Part shown: piece after piece, positions 26,387 to 39,534 of the stretch | Position numbering within the stretch: position 1 is the stretch's first letter | How the letters are laid out: each line of letters opens with the position of its first letter | Source of the DNA: Octopus vulgaris | Lineage: Eukaryota | Assembly: GCA_951406725.2 (NCBI GenBank) | Contig: OX597817.1 | Span: 133,362,001-133,426,000, forward strand | DNA length: 64,000 nucleotides | Direction: 5' to 3' | The notes under the pieces: generated by a model | What the model saw: only the letters and a program-made list of their open reading frames with translations | Told to the model about the DNA's origin: nothing | Databases searched by the model: none | Position numbers and translations under genes: made by a program

Positions 26387-27352
26387 ATGGCATCTTAGTA
26401 ACACATGACATGCTTGAAATATTGACTTATGAAACACTGATTTCAAAACACACAGAAAGCACGGTATAAACCAAAACTGTCAAATATCCAATGCACTAAT
26501 TAAGACGACAATGAAGCATACTGGAGCATGAAAAATTAGAAAGTGTTAGCCATTACAAAGATAGCAATAGCAATTAAAATACCATGCAAGTTGCTGAAAA
26601 AATATTTAAAATTAAAGACCAAATATCAAGGAACAAGTTTTAAAGCAATTATTTTATGAATTTTAAATGGGAAAATATTCCTGGACTTAATATCAAGCAA
26701 ATATTCTTGGCTAAACCTTTTTTTCATGATATATATATATATATGTGCGTGTGTGTGTGCGTGTGTATGCATCTATGTATTATTAGATATGTGTATATGC
26801 AGTTGTATAGGAATGCAATGATTGTGTTTATGTATATATATTCAATCAACCATAATTGTTTGCATGTGTGTACATAAAAAGAAATTTATATACAGTGTAT
26901 GTTTAAATGTTTTTCATAGAAAAACCCATTAGTGTTGAGAAAATATTTGTAGTGAAACAGTGTGATGTCAGTTAATATATACATATGTATATGAAATAAG
27001 GAATGATTTCTAATCTTTATGGTACAGAGTTTTGTATGGTGGCACACTGGAATCTTCAGCAGGAGTACACTAAATAATATGTGAATAAATGATAGCAGAG
27101 TCATGTGCTCATTGTTTTGAAGAAGTATTTTCTTTATCATACACAACATTATCAAACAAAGTCCAGAATATCAGGTTTCTCTGAATATCAACTCTCATCT
27201 CTCACAATTTCTAAATTCTCAAAATGGTATGTGATACTGATCTCATACTCTTCTTGTCATTAATTTGCCATATTCCCACTGAAGATGACAGTATTCATTG
27301 AAGCATTTAAAAATGTATAAAATAAAAAATTGGATTGGAATTGGTACTCTGG

Positions 27353-27385
<33 letters not shown>

Positions 27386-27619
27386 GCACACATGTGTACA
27401 TCTGTATGCATGTTTCCATCATTCTAGATAGAGTTATTCATTCTGCAATTTATTGACTTAAAGCAAATGTTCTCCTAGTTTGCCCATATGCCAGAGCTGC
27501 CTTCTCAACCTTTACTATATTTCAGATTTGAACATTGTAAGATTTTGACAGAAATATATAATTAAAACTAAGCCCTTTTCTCAAGGACAGAGAAACAACA
27601 CTGCTCAAGTGTGGAACAG

Positions 27620-27830
27620 CTTTTGGCTTTAAATTTTAGCACAAGGCAAACAATTTTGCTGGCAGGGGGGCATGTCGATTACATTGACCCCCAGTGATCA
27701 ACTGGTACTTGTTTTATCAACCCCAAAAGGATGAAAAGCTAAGTCGACCATGTCAGAATGTAAATTCAGAATGTAAAGGTGGACAAAATGCTAAGCATCT
27801 TGCCCAGCATGCTAATGATTCTGCCAGCCT
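27620..27830 (-). mobile_element. SINE family 2
   Basis: GATTACATTGACCCCCAGTG..ACTGGTACTTG..CCCCAAAAGGATGAAAAG..AAGTCGACC..GCTAAGCATC..CTAATGATTCTGCCAGC is shared with 30443-30725 and 57247-57405. Confidence 0.8.
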
Positions 27831-28867
27831 GCTATCTTAGTGTGGAATCATAGTTTTGCAATTGTTAAGTCTGCAGCTGGCATAGAGAATTTTGATCAGC
27901 TGAAATACATTTTGGTGAAAAAAGGTCTAATAAATGAAAATAGAAATTATAAATTCCATGTTATAGGGAATATTAAATACTTTGAAGTATAAGCGTACTT
28001 TTAAACCAAGATTACTTTATTTCACTCTTAAGAGAATATTCATTTTCCATTGTGAAGCTTTAGCTGTATCAAAATTTTAGGAGACCCAAGAAAAGTAATT
28101 ACACACGTTATTAATAATATCAGGCAATAACTTGTAAGTTGTTAATCCAAATAATAAAGTTGTAACCTTTTTGATTTGGGTGAACTTAGGCAGGAGATAA
28201 AATAGTTGCCATATCATTGGTACCATCACAGAAAGTTTTGGGTAAAAGTTAGAATTTTATCAGGGCTAGATATTTTATTTCCCGAGTTAAAGAATTATTA
28301 TCCTTAGAGGTTGTAGAGACAGAAAAGAAAAGAGAGTTTAAATGAAGTTTGCAATAGAAGTGATTTATTATGTGTATTATTATGGGGAAAAAACTGTGAT
28401 ACAAATAGCAGAAGTTTGAGATGAATTGGGATGCAAATTACAGTTATTTACATTTAAATAGTGGCATACAATAATAATTGCCAAATTAATGGAGATGCAA
28501 TTACAAGGTACAAGAATGCCCTCTTAAATATAGAGTAAAAAAACTGATTGTCAGCTCCAATATGAAATTTTCTATTCTATATTTGCCTAGATGCAGTATG
28601 ATTTTGTCTTTCAAGCCACTTTAAGATGATTCATTTAGACTTCTGAGGGACATGATTTATAGATGGAGAATAATTTGTTTAGACTATAAAGGTCCATTAA
28701 GAAACATTATATCATAATCAATATTGAAAAGATACTAATATATCTAAATGAGAAAGTGCAAGGAGTTACATGTGTTTTGAAATTTTTGTTTGGATGTGAA
28801 TTGGGAGGGGAACAAATATCTAGAACATTTTGTTTTTGGCAAAACATTGTGTGTGCTTTGGAGAATG

Positions 28868-28902
<35 letters not shown>

Positions 28903-28903
<1 letters not shown>

Positions 28904-29109
28904 AGAGTGGGCCAAAAGTCACACACAAAATAAGTTCAATACACTCCAAAATTGATAAAGACATGCTTCAATTTTTCTAAAACTGAATGAAATAAATAAA
29001 AATGATGAATACACATATACTTGTACAAGACAAACAAAATAAATGATTATGATAATGTAATATAAGTAAAAGATAAAATATTTTGGTGCGTGACTTTTAG
29101 CTTACCCTG
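28903..29109. mobile_element. Tc1/mariner-type MITE (~207 bp)
   Basis: TA-CAGAGTGGGCCAAAAGTCACACAC ... GTGCGTGACTTTTAGCTTACCCTG-TA imperfect TIRs; non-coding AT-rich interior. Confidence 0.8.
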
Positions 29110-30442
29110 TACGTATATATATATATATATATATATCAACAGAGAGGGAGAGAGAGACAGAGAGAGATTGCTTTCAATATTGTTTGTTTTTAAAGCCAGT
29201 GTATAATTAATTACTTGGGAAGCTTTTTTATGAATGGATACTATCCACACTTCTATTTAGCTAATTAACTATGAAGTAGAAGTTGAAATTAACTCTTTTC
29301 ATATTTAAAACACTCCCAGTTTGTGTTAATTTGTAGTCATCATTATTTAATTTAAATATTTTAATATTGTCTTTATCTTTTGAAAACGGGAGGTGTTAGA
29401 ATAAAAAGGGAAGATATGAAATATATCACGGCATAGGTAAAGAAAGTTGAACATAGCGCCTCATCAATGACAATTAGGAAAGAGTTAATTAGGAGAATAT
29501 GAAAGAACAACGCTCTATCATATTTCTTTTATATTTAAGTTTTAAGTGCATATAAAAACCGCTGGGAGAGATTATAGTAAAAATATTCCATCTAAGCTAT
29601 GATATCCATGTAAATATATACACAATTAGCTTCAAATAAAACCATTTCAAAGATAATTATTTTCTTAATTTAAAATAAACTATAAAATTATGTTTCAATT
29701 TCTCCTAAATAAATACAAAATGAATAGAGCATACGAACCTGTAGTAACACAAAGACTCAACTAGCCTAATATGCTACAAGTACAGGCATCTCCTGCATTA
29801 TAGAGACATGGTTACAGAATTTTGCACCAACAAAAATTGTAAAATATGACCATTAATTTTAGGATATCACCAGAAATTCTATGTTTTAAGGAAACTCGAG
29901 AAAATTTTGATAAATGTAAAAGAGGAACATAATTTTTTGTATTTTACTAGCATCTGCATAACTCTTCCTCTGCTCCTACCTTGTTTGTACATGTATAAAT
30001 TCAACTGACCTATTTTTTATTGATCTAAACATATTTGCCAGTACTTACTCACTCTCTCCTCAGTATCTTCTCGCAATGTGTGTGCACCAATTAAACTAAC
30101 CTAGGTCTTGCAACTAACTTGAATCAAACAATGTTTCCTCCCACTTCCTTCCTCTCATTTTCTTATATTTTTGCATTTAAAGTAATAAGACAACCTTTCT
30201 TTTTGCTGACATAGAGTATCAATATTTGGTTTGAATTCGACAGTTTTATTCTTTGGTGTGAATTTCTTTTCTATTACTATAATTATTGGATTTAAAAAAA
30301 ACGTATAAGGTAAAGTACACTGCCCTTCTATAAGATGAGAGGAAGTAATCATAAAAAAACCAAAAAAAACTTGCAGAGCAAAAAGAAGTCATAAACAGAT
30401 TACATTGAATGTTAAACACGATGTTTTACAAATCTCAGCTAT

Positions 30443-30725
30443 ATTCTTTTCTACTCTAGGCACAATGCCTAAAATTTTGGGGGAAGGAGCCAGTCAATTA
30501 GGTTCACCCAAGTATGCAACAGGTACTTAATTTATTGACCCTGATGGGTGAAAGGCAAAGTTGACCTCAGCAGAATTTGAACTCAGAACATAAAGACAGA
30601 CAAAATAACACTAAGCATTTCGCCCGGCATGCTAATGTTTCTGAGATTTGAACTCATAACATAAGGAACTGGTACAAATACGGCAAAGCAGTTTTGTCTG
30701 ACGCTTTAACGATTCTGCCAGTCCA
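30443..30725 (-). mobile_element. SINE family 2 with a second tandem tRNA-like head
   Basis: Body AAAGGCAAAGTTGACCTCAGCAGAATTTGAACTCAG (B-box GAGTTCAAATT on minus); a second ATTTGAACTCA..GATTCTGCCAG head at ~30645-30725. Confidence 0.8.
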
Positions 30726-30942
30726 GCCATATTGCAAAATCATTAAAGTTTGCAATGTCAATAGTGGGGACAATGCAGATAATATTAGGTTGAGTAGTCA
30801 AGCTGCTATTCTATTGAATGTTTGGACATTGCATTTTAATAGATCTGGAGTAATGTTTAAATGCAATGGCTCTTCAACATGTAGCTCAGCAATCAAATAT
30901 TATGAATTGTGCTGATAAACATGATGGTTATTGTAGCAAAAG

Positions 30943-31088
30943 CTACAAATTTGTATGATGATTTACAGAACATGGAAAGTGTAAAAATGTTTGATGCAAA
31001 ACATTTTTTCTTCTTTTTCTGCTTGTAAAATCATCTTTAAACGGTTTATGAGGTGCCAGTGCTGACAGAAATCTTGATTCTAATTCTC
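30943..31088 (-). CDS. Candidate terminal coding exon (GELESRFLSALAPHKPFKDDFTSRKRRKNVLHQTFLHFPCSVNHHTNL*)
   Basis: Acceptor TGCTTTCCTTTCAACTTCTCAG; only the phase-1 frame stays open, matching the phase-1 end of candidate exon 33529-33628. No homology recognised. Confidence 0.3.
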
Positions 31089-31771
31089 CTGAGAAGTTGA
31101 AAGGAAAGCAGATTACTGATGAAACGTATACACTAGAACAAGTGTACAATGTTAATGAAACTAATGTTTTTGTGAAGTATTACTATATTCTTATGTATTC
31201 CCTAATGAAATGTTCTTTTTATGAATATATATTGTACTAGACGTGTTTAACACCTATATTTTCATCCATGAACATGATTATATTATGTTTTTATTGTTTT
31301 CCCAAGAAAATTCCATCAGAATACATCTTAACTTCATAACTTTAAAATCAATAAGAGTGTAGATTTCACATTTTGGAATGTACATTTCAGCCAGATTTTC
31401 AAGAACATTGAATTTTGTAATGCAAGGATTACCTGCACTTATTTCATTGATACTAAAGAGATGGAAAATTTATAATGTGAATGAAATTTAAACTCGGACT
31501 GCTTTAATATGAAGTTTAAACTGGGTAATTAAGACTGATTTTAATACTTTATAAATTTGCTGCAAAGGGTTTGCAATTTCTATCTCATTTAGAAAATATT
31601 GCTACAGCCATATGTATAATTTTATACTGTAGACATTACCAAAGTCAATTGCAAATTTATCCTTGTTGTTTCTGTTTTTATAAAATTCTGACATCAGTTC
31701 TGCTTAAAGCAGAACTAATATATTTCAGAAATATGATTTTCTCTAGTTCAAAACTGAGACAAAGAATTAGT

Positions 31772-32310
31772 CATAGGTGGTATCAAAAAGTTCCCTGACT
31801 AATTATGTTTAATAAAAAAAAATAACCTATATACCTAAGTTTTAACATCATCTCCTTCGAAATAGTCTCCTTGCTCAGCAATACACCAGTTCCAGCATTC
31901 CTGCCACTTTTGGAATCTGGCCTGGAAGTCGAGATTGCTCATCGTCTTCCAAGAACAGTCTTCCACTTTTGAAGTACCCATGCCACTTGAAACATTGTGT
32001 AAAGCCCATTGCCTCATTGCTGTAAGCTTGTCAAAGCATGCTCAAAGTCTCTGGAACAGACTTCCCAAGTTTAACGCAAAATTTCACATTGGCTCTTTGT
32101 TCCAACTTCTTGTCCATAACAAAATTGCAGACTACAGCATACATGTGATCACAAAAACAAATTTCACAACTTGCAAAGTAAACACAGCAATGTCATTTGT
32201 CACCCTGTTTCATGAAAGTCACTTCTAGCTTTCACTGTGCATGCAACCATATGCTGCCATCTGTTGGCATGCCACAGAACTAGTCCACAAACTTTTTGAT
32301 ACCACCATGT
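31772..32310 (-). mobile_element. Non-autonomous mariner deletion derivative (~540 bp), same family as 18792-19688
   Basis: TIRs GGTGGTATCAAAAAGTTCCCTGACTA / TAGTCCACAAACTTTTTGATACCACC; retains only the N-terminus and the C-terminal FQKWQECWNWCIAEQGDYFEGD. Confidence 0.88.
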
Positions 32311-33528
32311 AAGCAAAACTTCTTGCAAGTACAACTCGGCTGATGAAAGCAAATTTAGTATAAGTTGTTTACTCTCAGAATAGCCTTAATTGAGAAAGCA
32401 TGCTTGGAGAAGTTCCAAACATCCCCTCTAGTATAATTCCCATAGTGAGGAACTTATCTTGAATAGTAAATTATTAAAAATTAATGGTGCTATTGAGTTT
32501 TATAAATTCTTTTATTCTTTGATAAATTATTTTTAACTTTTGTATAAGTCCATCTGTGAATAAGGCTGCTGCAATTTTGATTAATTCTATTTGAATTTTT
32601 TACATTCCAAATCATAAGACTTTAAATTTCTTTTTTTAATCTTTTGACTTTTTAAGATATTTCTTTATCCACTATTGCAAAAATCTTCTGTACAAAATGT
32701 CATAAAATTTCTATAGATTTCTTTTAAAAATCAATACCTCTTATAATAAATTGATTTTTTAAAAAGGTAAATGAAGATTAATGCAAGATTTTGTATTTAA
32801 TGATTGATTAATTATCTATTTTAAAAATTAAGAAGTATATACTTTAAAGTACAACAAATAAAGGATAAAAGTAAAAAATTATAAACACTTCCCATTTTCA
32901 AATTAAAAGCAAAAAATATTTACTATATAAAGTTAGATATAGTAAATACAGCTATGCTTTGCCTATAAAGATTTTCTTTTATTATTGCTACTTAAAATAT
33001 ATCACATAGGTCATGACATAGGATAATTTAATGACTTTATTTTAAGGTTATCATGTTGTTTTAATGATTTATCACTTACATAAAAAGAACAATAAAGCAT
33101 TTCATTATAATACATGACCAAATAATACATACAGAACTGACAAGAAACTTAAATCAGTAATTGAATTCTTTAAAGTTTAATATATCAAAAGTTGACAGAT
33201 TGTTCAAAATTTTGCCCTAGGCTGGACTGTTTATGATTGGATTACAAGGCTGAACAAACAATGCACTAGTCACAATATTAAAATGCTACCAAAAGATGGT
33301 ATTGTTTTGTTTTTTTTACTCAAGTATGCTATTTTATTAAAAGCTAACTGCTGAAAGACCTTTTGAAATCTCTAAATTAACAACTCATACACCCAAACTA
33401 ATGGTGCTATAATAACAGTTCTGTCAAGTAATAACCAAACACTCTAGTATTATCCATAATATCTCATGGGAAAAAACTTTCCTTTCTAACTATGACATGA
33501 TACTCTGCAATGTTAGTCTCTTACATAC

Positions 33529-33628
33529 CAGAACTAAACCAATAACTTTGTGCAGGTTCATATATTGTCAAATAGGTGTGCAAAACTTCATGCCAACTGG
33601 ATGCCTTGCACACGTATTTAAAATGATT
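33529..33628 (-). CDS. Candidate internal coding exon (NHFKYVCKASSWHEVLHTYLTIYEPAQSYWFSS-G)
   Basis: Acceptor TTGCTTCCCAATCTGTTCTATGCAG, donor TG/GTATGT, 100 nt, a single open frame (phase 0 to 1), unique sequence. No homology recognised. Confidence 0.35.
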
Positions 33629-34287
33629 CTGCATAGAACAGATTGGGAAGCAATTAGACTCGATCTTATAGCTTACTAACAGATCAATTATCCACTCTTC
33701 CTTTGTCATCAAAGCAACTAGTCAAAAGTTTATGTACATAGTCCGCAACACATGTTCCCATTCATCAGCACAAACAGATACAGGTTCCAAAAAGGGACAG
33801 AAAAGCCTCATCAGGAAAATCAAATGTTAAAACAAATATATTGATCAACTAAATTATTACCACCAACAGAACCCACAAAAGCAACATGAACACTTGAGTA
33901 GCAAGAATGTCATCTACAAACCTTTATGAAAATTTACATCATTCAAATAACCACAAAGGAGGATTGGTTCATTAAAAAAAAAATACTAACCAAAAGTATT
34001 TTAATCATTTGCCAATAAAAGTAACATCACTGTTTCACCCATTGATCTACTGAAAGATAACAGCATTTTTCTTTAATGACATAAAAGAAATAGAAGAGAT
34101 ACTGCAGAAACACGACTGCTTAGTTTAATGATTCCACTGAAGTTGACTTAGGCAGTATCAATGAAAACAGCAACCAACATAGCATCTCTGATGTAACATT
34201 TGCTGAAAGGTAATACTCACCCCTACTTAAATGTGGATGTTCTATTACAACAGTTTCTCATATTGTCTTTTGGTGCAAAATGTACTG

Positions 34288-34960
34288 TGGCACCAATGCT
34301 TGTCCTGACTCTGTTTTTTTTTTATGTATTGCTGGTGGGGAGATGAGTCACTGCTATTTCTAACAGTTGAACATCCATCATCAACAAGACCAAAGAAGGT
34401 TGAAGTCATGTGATTTAGTAGCCTTAGTACTGGAGAGGGCAGGTATTTATCTCCCTGCTAGCAATATAAGCAAGCATGCATTTTTCTTGAAAAGCCAATA
34501 TGGGAGTTTCTTTCATGATATCTACCACAGTAAAGTTTATTCTAACAGAATGTCCATACATAAGGGCAATAAATATTACCTCTCCGTATTGATACTGCCT
34601 CTGACACTAATGTATAATTTTTAACAAGCTTACTGGCACCAGTGATACCAGTGACTGTTCTGGCACTGTTTTTCTACATATTGCTGGTGGGAAAATGAGT
34701 CACACATCCATTATTGATGAGACCAAGGAAGGTTGAAATCATGTGATCTGGTGGATTTGGTGGTGGGAGATCCCAGGGAGTTACCTCCCTGCTAGCAATA
34801 TAAACAAGCATACATTTTGTATGAAAAGCCAATTTGAGAGTTTCTATTATAGCCACTGCTGCAGTAAATTTTATTCTAACAGAAAATCCACATTTAAGTG
34901 GAGATAAATGTTACCTCTAGGTATTAGTACTGCCTCTGTCACTAATATATATTGTATAAC
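34288..34960 (+). repeat. Diverged tandem duplication, two ~335-bp units
   Basis: Shared blocks TATTGCTGGTGGG, CTCCCTGCTAGCAATATAA, GAAAAGCCAAT, TTATTCTAACAGAA and TACTGCCTCTG occur in both 34288-34625 and 34635-34960. Confidence 0.9.
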
Positions 34961-35199
34961 ATTTGGCATCCTTGACATTATAGCATCAATAAATATCAGG
35001 TGAAGAGAAAAGTTTTGTTTTTGGTTTTCACTGATGATTTTTGGCAACTTAATTACTTTAATGCAACTTGTCCAATCATTGCTCAATTGTTTATTCTCTA
35101 TTTTCATATATAACATCATCATCATTATCATCATTGAACACTTGTTCTCCATGCTAGCATGGTAAGCTTTAATTGTTTATTCTCTATTTTACAGGTTTG

Positions 35200-36235
35200 A
35201 TAATGAATGGAGAATAATTTGCAATTAGAGCCATTTTATGCTACTGATGGGAAAAGGACTGAGTGCAATGGCAGAAGAGAAAACAATTTATAACATGGAA
35301 GGCCTAGAAACTGTCAACAAACGTGAAGAACAAAACTTTCTCAGATGTTTCAAAGAAGGTGACACCAGCCTCGAAGACAAAGCAAGGTCAGGGAGGTCTT
35401 CTGTTGTGGAAGATGAGATCTTGCCTGAAATCGTTGAACAAAAGCAAAGCACACTCCATATGCTCAGCCATGTGAACAAATGCTGTTGAGAAGCTCTGTA
35501 TGAATTAACCAATAAACTGGGACAACAATGTGTGAACATTTACAAGCAACTGTTGGCAAATACTTAAGATACCCATTTTTGGTATTGAATTGTAACTGGG
35601 ATTGAAAAATGGATCTATTTCCGTAACCCTAATATGACAAATCAATAACTTCATTCAGGCCAGGCTTCAGGAACTATTGTCAAAGAAAGGCAGTTTGAAC
35701 AGAAGGTCATGTTGTGGTTGATGGATTTTCAAGGTATTGCACTTTGGGCTAGGCCCAGATGGTTCATGCTGTGAACACTAGTTTTTATGCTCAACAAGTG
35801 CAGTGAGTATTTGATGCTTTGAAAACTCTCTACCTGGCATTGGTCAATCAAAGACACACACCTCTACAGCATAATACTGCAGCACATACAATCAATGTGA
35901 CCAAGTGCAAACTTGAGAGCCTGAAAGTTCTGATTTACCCTGCATACAATTCAGACTTGCACCATCAAATTGACACCTTTTCTGAGCCATGATTCATTTA
36001 CAGCACAAATGGAGGTTCAACAATGAAGGTGAGGTTGAAAATGAGCGCACGGAAGTTTTTTTGCCTTTAAACCAGCCAAATGTTATAAGCATAGAATTAA
36101 GCTTCAGGTACAATGATGGCAACATACAATAAAATATGATGGGATATATTTTGATGAATAAACATTTTTCATATTTAATTTGTTTAAACTATTAATTAAA
36201 GCTTGAAATATGGAAAACAGTTGACTCAAGCTGGT
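35200..36235 (+). mobile_element. Old mariner transposase remnant
   Basis: FKEGDTSLEDKARSGR, IVTGIEKWIY, YPAYNSDL..HLF; many stops; TIRs not clearly seen. Confidence 0.8.
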
Positions 36236-36444
36236 AAAATTAAACATTATTTAGCTGTAGGCCACAGCAGATTCCCTACTTGTGGCCTAAAGGAATACTG
36301 ACACCACCAAATTGCATCTGTCCTAACTAAACTCTGGAGAAAAGCTATTAGCCAGAGGCCATATTCTGAAACACTTATTAAAACCTATCATTTCAGTTTA
36401 CAGAAAGGGAATCAGTTCATTTGCAGTTATCTATCAGCCTATTG

Positions 36445-39400
36445 CATTTATCTCTCACAGGAGACATGTCAATGTGTAATGCATACATGAGGTAAGATAG
36501 AGAGGAGCTTCAGCTAGGGTCCTCACAGGCAAGGCACATAAATACAAAATCTTCTGGCAAGGTAACACAGATGGAATGGGGGGTGTAGGCATACTCCTTG
36601 CGGAGAAATGGGTAGATAAGGTCATAGAGGTTGTCAGAGTATGTGACAGTGTGCTTAGGCTTAGGCTGGTCCTGCAGAACAGCACAGCTACAATTATCTC
36701 TGCCTACACCCAACAAGCAGGCCTACCAAATGATGAGAAGGACCATTTTTATGAAACCCTTCTACAGGCTACCTCAAAGACGAGTGGTAATGACCTCATC
36801 TTTGCAGCTGCAGATTTTAATGGGCATATTGGGTGGCAATCCGGTATCTTCACTGGTGTACATGGGGGCCATGGTATTGGTTCCAGAAATGACAAGGGAA
36901 CTAGGCTACTGGAGTTCTGTGATGCATGTAACCTTTTAATCTACAACACTAATTTCAGGAAACCAGACAGCCACCTGATAACCTATCAATCAGGTGACTC
37001 TGCTAGCCAGATTGATTTCATCCTCACCACACAGCAGGACACAGGGTTGCTCTTAGATACAAAGACCCTCCTGAATGGAGAATGGACCCTTCAGCATAGG
37101 CTAGTTATTAGTGACTTTAGGCTCGAAGCCAGAAGGATACCAAGAAGTAGACCAATCCAAAAAAGAAGGAGGCTGGGTGGCAGGTATACATAACCACGGG
37201 CAAAGCAGAAAAGAAGTTTGCCAATGTCCAGCGACGTGAGAACCAAAGAACTGAGGTATTTTGGATTACAAGACAGTGTGTGAGAGAAAATTGTGATGTC
37301 ACAGGAGAGAAATGTGACCGCATGGATGATGGTGCACTTGCTTTTAATCATTCGGAAAAGAAAATGGCTTGAATAAGGCATTTTGAAAAACTGCTGAACA
37401 TGGACAATGAATGGAAGGAGATCCTGCTAAAACTTGACCCAGTAGAAGGACCAGCTATCCAAATAGACAGCTCCCTTGTAGATAAAGCAAATTAAGGGTA
37501 TGAAGCCAGGAAAAGCCCCCGGCCCATCAGAAATCACTGCTAGGATGCTTAAAATATCTGGTGGTGTGGGCTCTGGCCTAGTCACCTGCATTGTAAACCA
37601 GGTAATTCATGATGGAGTCATACCCAATGACTGGCGTAGCAGCACCATAGTCAACTGCTACAAGGGTAAAGGTGATGCTCCAGATAGAAATAACTACAGG
37701 GGTATCAAACTGCTGGATCAGGTGATGAAGGTCCCGGAGAGGGTTATAGGGTGAGAGTCTGCTTAGATGAAATGCAGTTCGGTTATGTGCTGGGTAGAAG
37801 CACCACTGATACCATATTCCTGATTCGACAACTGCAGGAGAAATATCTAGCTAAAGATAAACCCTTATATTTAGCTTTTGTGGACTTGGATAAAGCCTTT
37901 GACAGGATCCCCTGATCCCTTATCTGGTGGGCAATGCAGAAACTGGGGATTGATAAATGGTTAATACGGGCTGTACATGCCCTATACAGAGAGGCCCTTA
38001 GTAAGGTTAGGATTGGAAATTAGTATAGTGAAGAATTCTGGGTAGAAGTAGGGGTCCACCAAGGTTCAGCCCTCAGCCCCTTTTATTTATCATAGTCCTC
38101 CAGGCACTAACAGAGGAATTCAAGCTGGGTTGCCCCTGGGAGCTCCTCTATGCTGATGACCTGGCCCTCGTAGCAGAATCACTACCAGAACTAGAAAAAG
38201 ACATTTCGGGTGTGGAAGCAATGTTTAGAATCAAAAGGCCTTAGAATCAATGTAGCAAAGACCAAAGTTCTAGTAAGTAAGAAGGCGAACACATCACATA
38301 CCCACTCAGGTAGGTGGCCCTGCTCGATGTGTAGACCTGGTGTAGGTAGAAACTCCATAAGATGTACCTAGTGTAAGCTATGGACACATCAAAGAAAGAT
38401 TAACCAAGAAGATAGCTTCTGTGTGTGGCAGATGCACAGGAGCAATAAACACCACAGATGCTCAGAAAACAGATTCCATCACACTCCAGGGGAAGAAACT
38501 AGAGGTAGTTGATACCTTCCACTACCTAGGTGACCAAGTTAATAGTTGGGGTGGATGCTCAGAGTGTGTTTTCCACTAGAATAAGAATAGCCTGGGCAAA
38601 CTTTAGAAAGCTTCTACCTCTACTGGTGACAAAGAGCCTCTCGCTCAGAGTGAAAGGTAGATTGTGCGAAGCATATGTGCAAACTGCTATGCTTCACGGT
38701 AGTGAAACATGGGCAGTGACTGCGGAGGACATGCGAAGGCTTGAAAGAAATGAAGCTAGCATGATCCGCTGGATGTGTAATGTCAGTGTGCACACACAAC
38801 AGAGTGTAAGCGCCCTGAGAGAAAAGTTGGACATAAGAAGCAAAGGATGTGGCATGCAAGAGAGGCGTTTGCACTGGTATGGTCATGTACTATGGATGGA
38901 TGAGGAGGGATGTGTGAAGAAGCGCCACTCCCAAACAGTTGAAGGAATCCAGAGTAGATGTAGATGTAGGAAGACATGGGATGAGGTGGTCAAGCATGAC
39001 CCTTGAACGTTGGGCCTCACAGAGGCAATGACAAAAGACCAAGACCTCTGGAGATATGCTGTGACTGCGAAGACCCAGCAAATAAAGTGAGTTCACAGCT
39101 TTATCCTACACCAGTTTCACATAACCAGCCCCAGCCCATTCAAAAATACCTTGGATCGTAGGGCAACCTGCTGTACTTGAGGAGACCTATTGTGTCAAGT
39201 ACATCAACATCAAAATGAAAATCAAATGGAAATTGTAGCTGTGATACCCGTGCCAGTGGCACATAAAAAGCACCATCCGGATGTAGCCGATGCCAGTGCC
39301 GCATGTAAAAAGCACCCACTACACTCACAGAGTGGGAGGGCATCCAGCAGTAGAAACACTTCCAGATCAGATTGAGTCTGGTGCAGCCTTCTGGCTCACC

Positions 39401-39452
39401 AGTCCTCAGTCAAACCATCCAACCCATGCCAGCATGGAAAGCGGATGATGAT
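36445..39452 (+). mobile_element. RTE LINE, near full length but inactivated (APE endonuclease, RT, PHD insert, tail)
   Basis: APE: GGVGILL, IISAY, DFNGHIG, SQIDFIL, HRLVISD. RT: GKAPGPS, NYRGIKLL, FVDLDKAFD, GVHQGS, LLYADDLAL, YLGD. Internal deletions and stops; (GAT)n tail. Confidence 0.96.
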
Positions 39453-39534
39453 GAATTAATTTTTAAAATATGCAGACACACAAATACACACACACATATA
39501 CAGGTTATGCCTCACTACCTCATATATATATATG

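Noticed and set aside
24958-26446. ORFs rich in YI, HT and CV dipeptides (also at 59432-60287 and elsewhere)
   Set aside because: Translations of (TA)n, (CA)n and (TG)n microsatellites.
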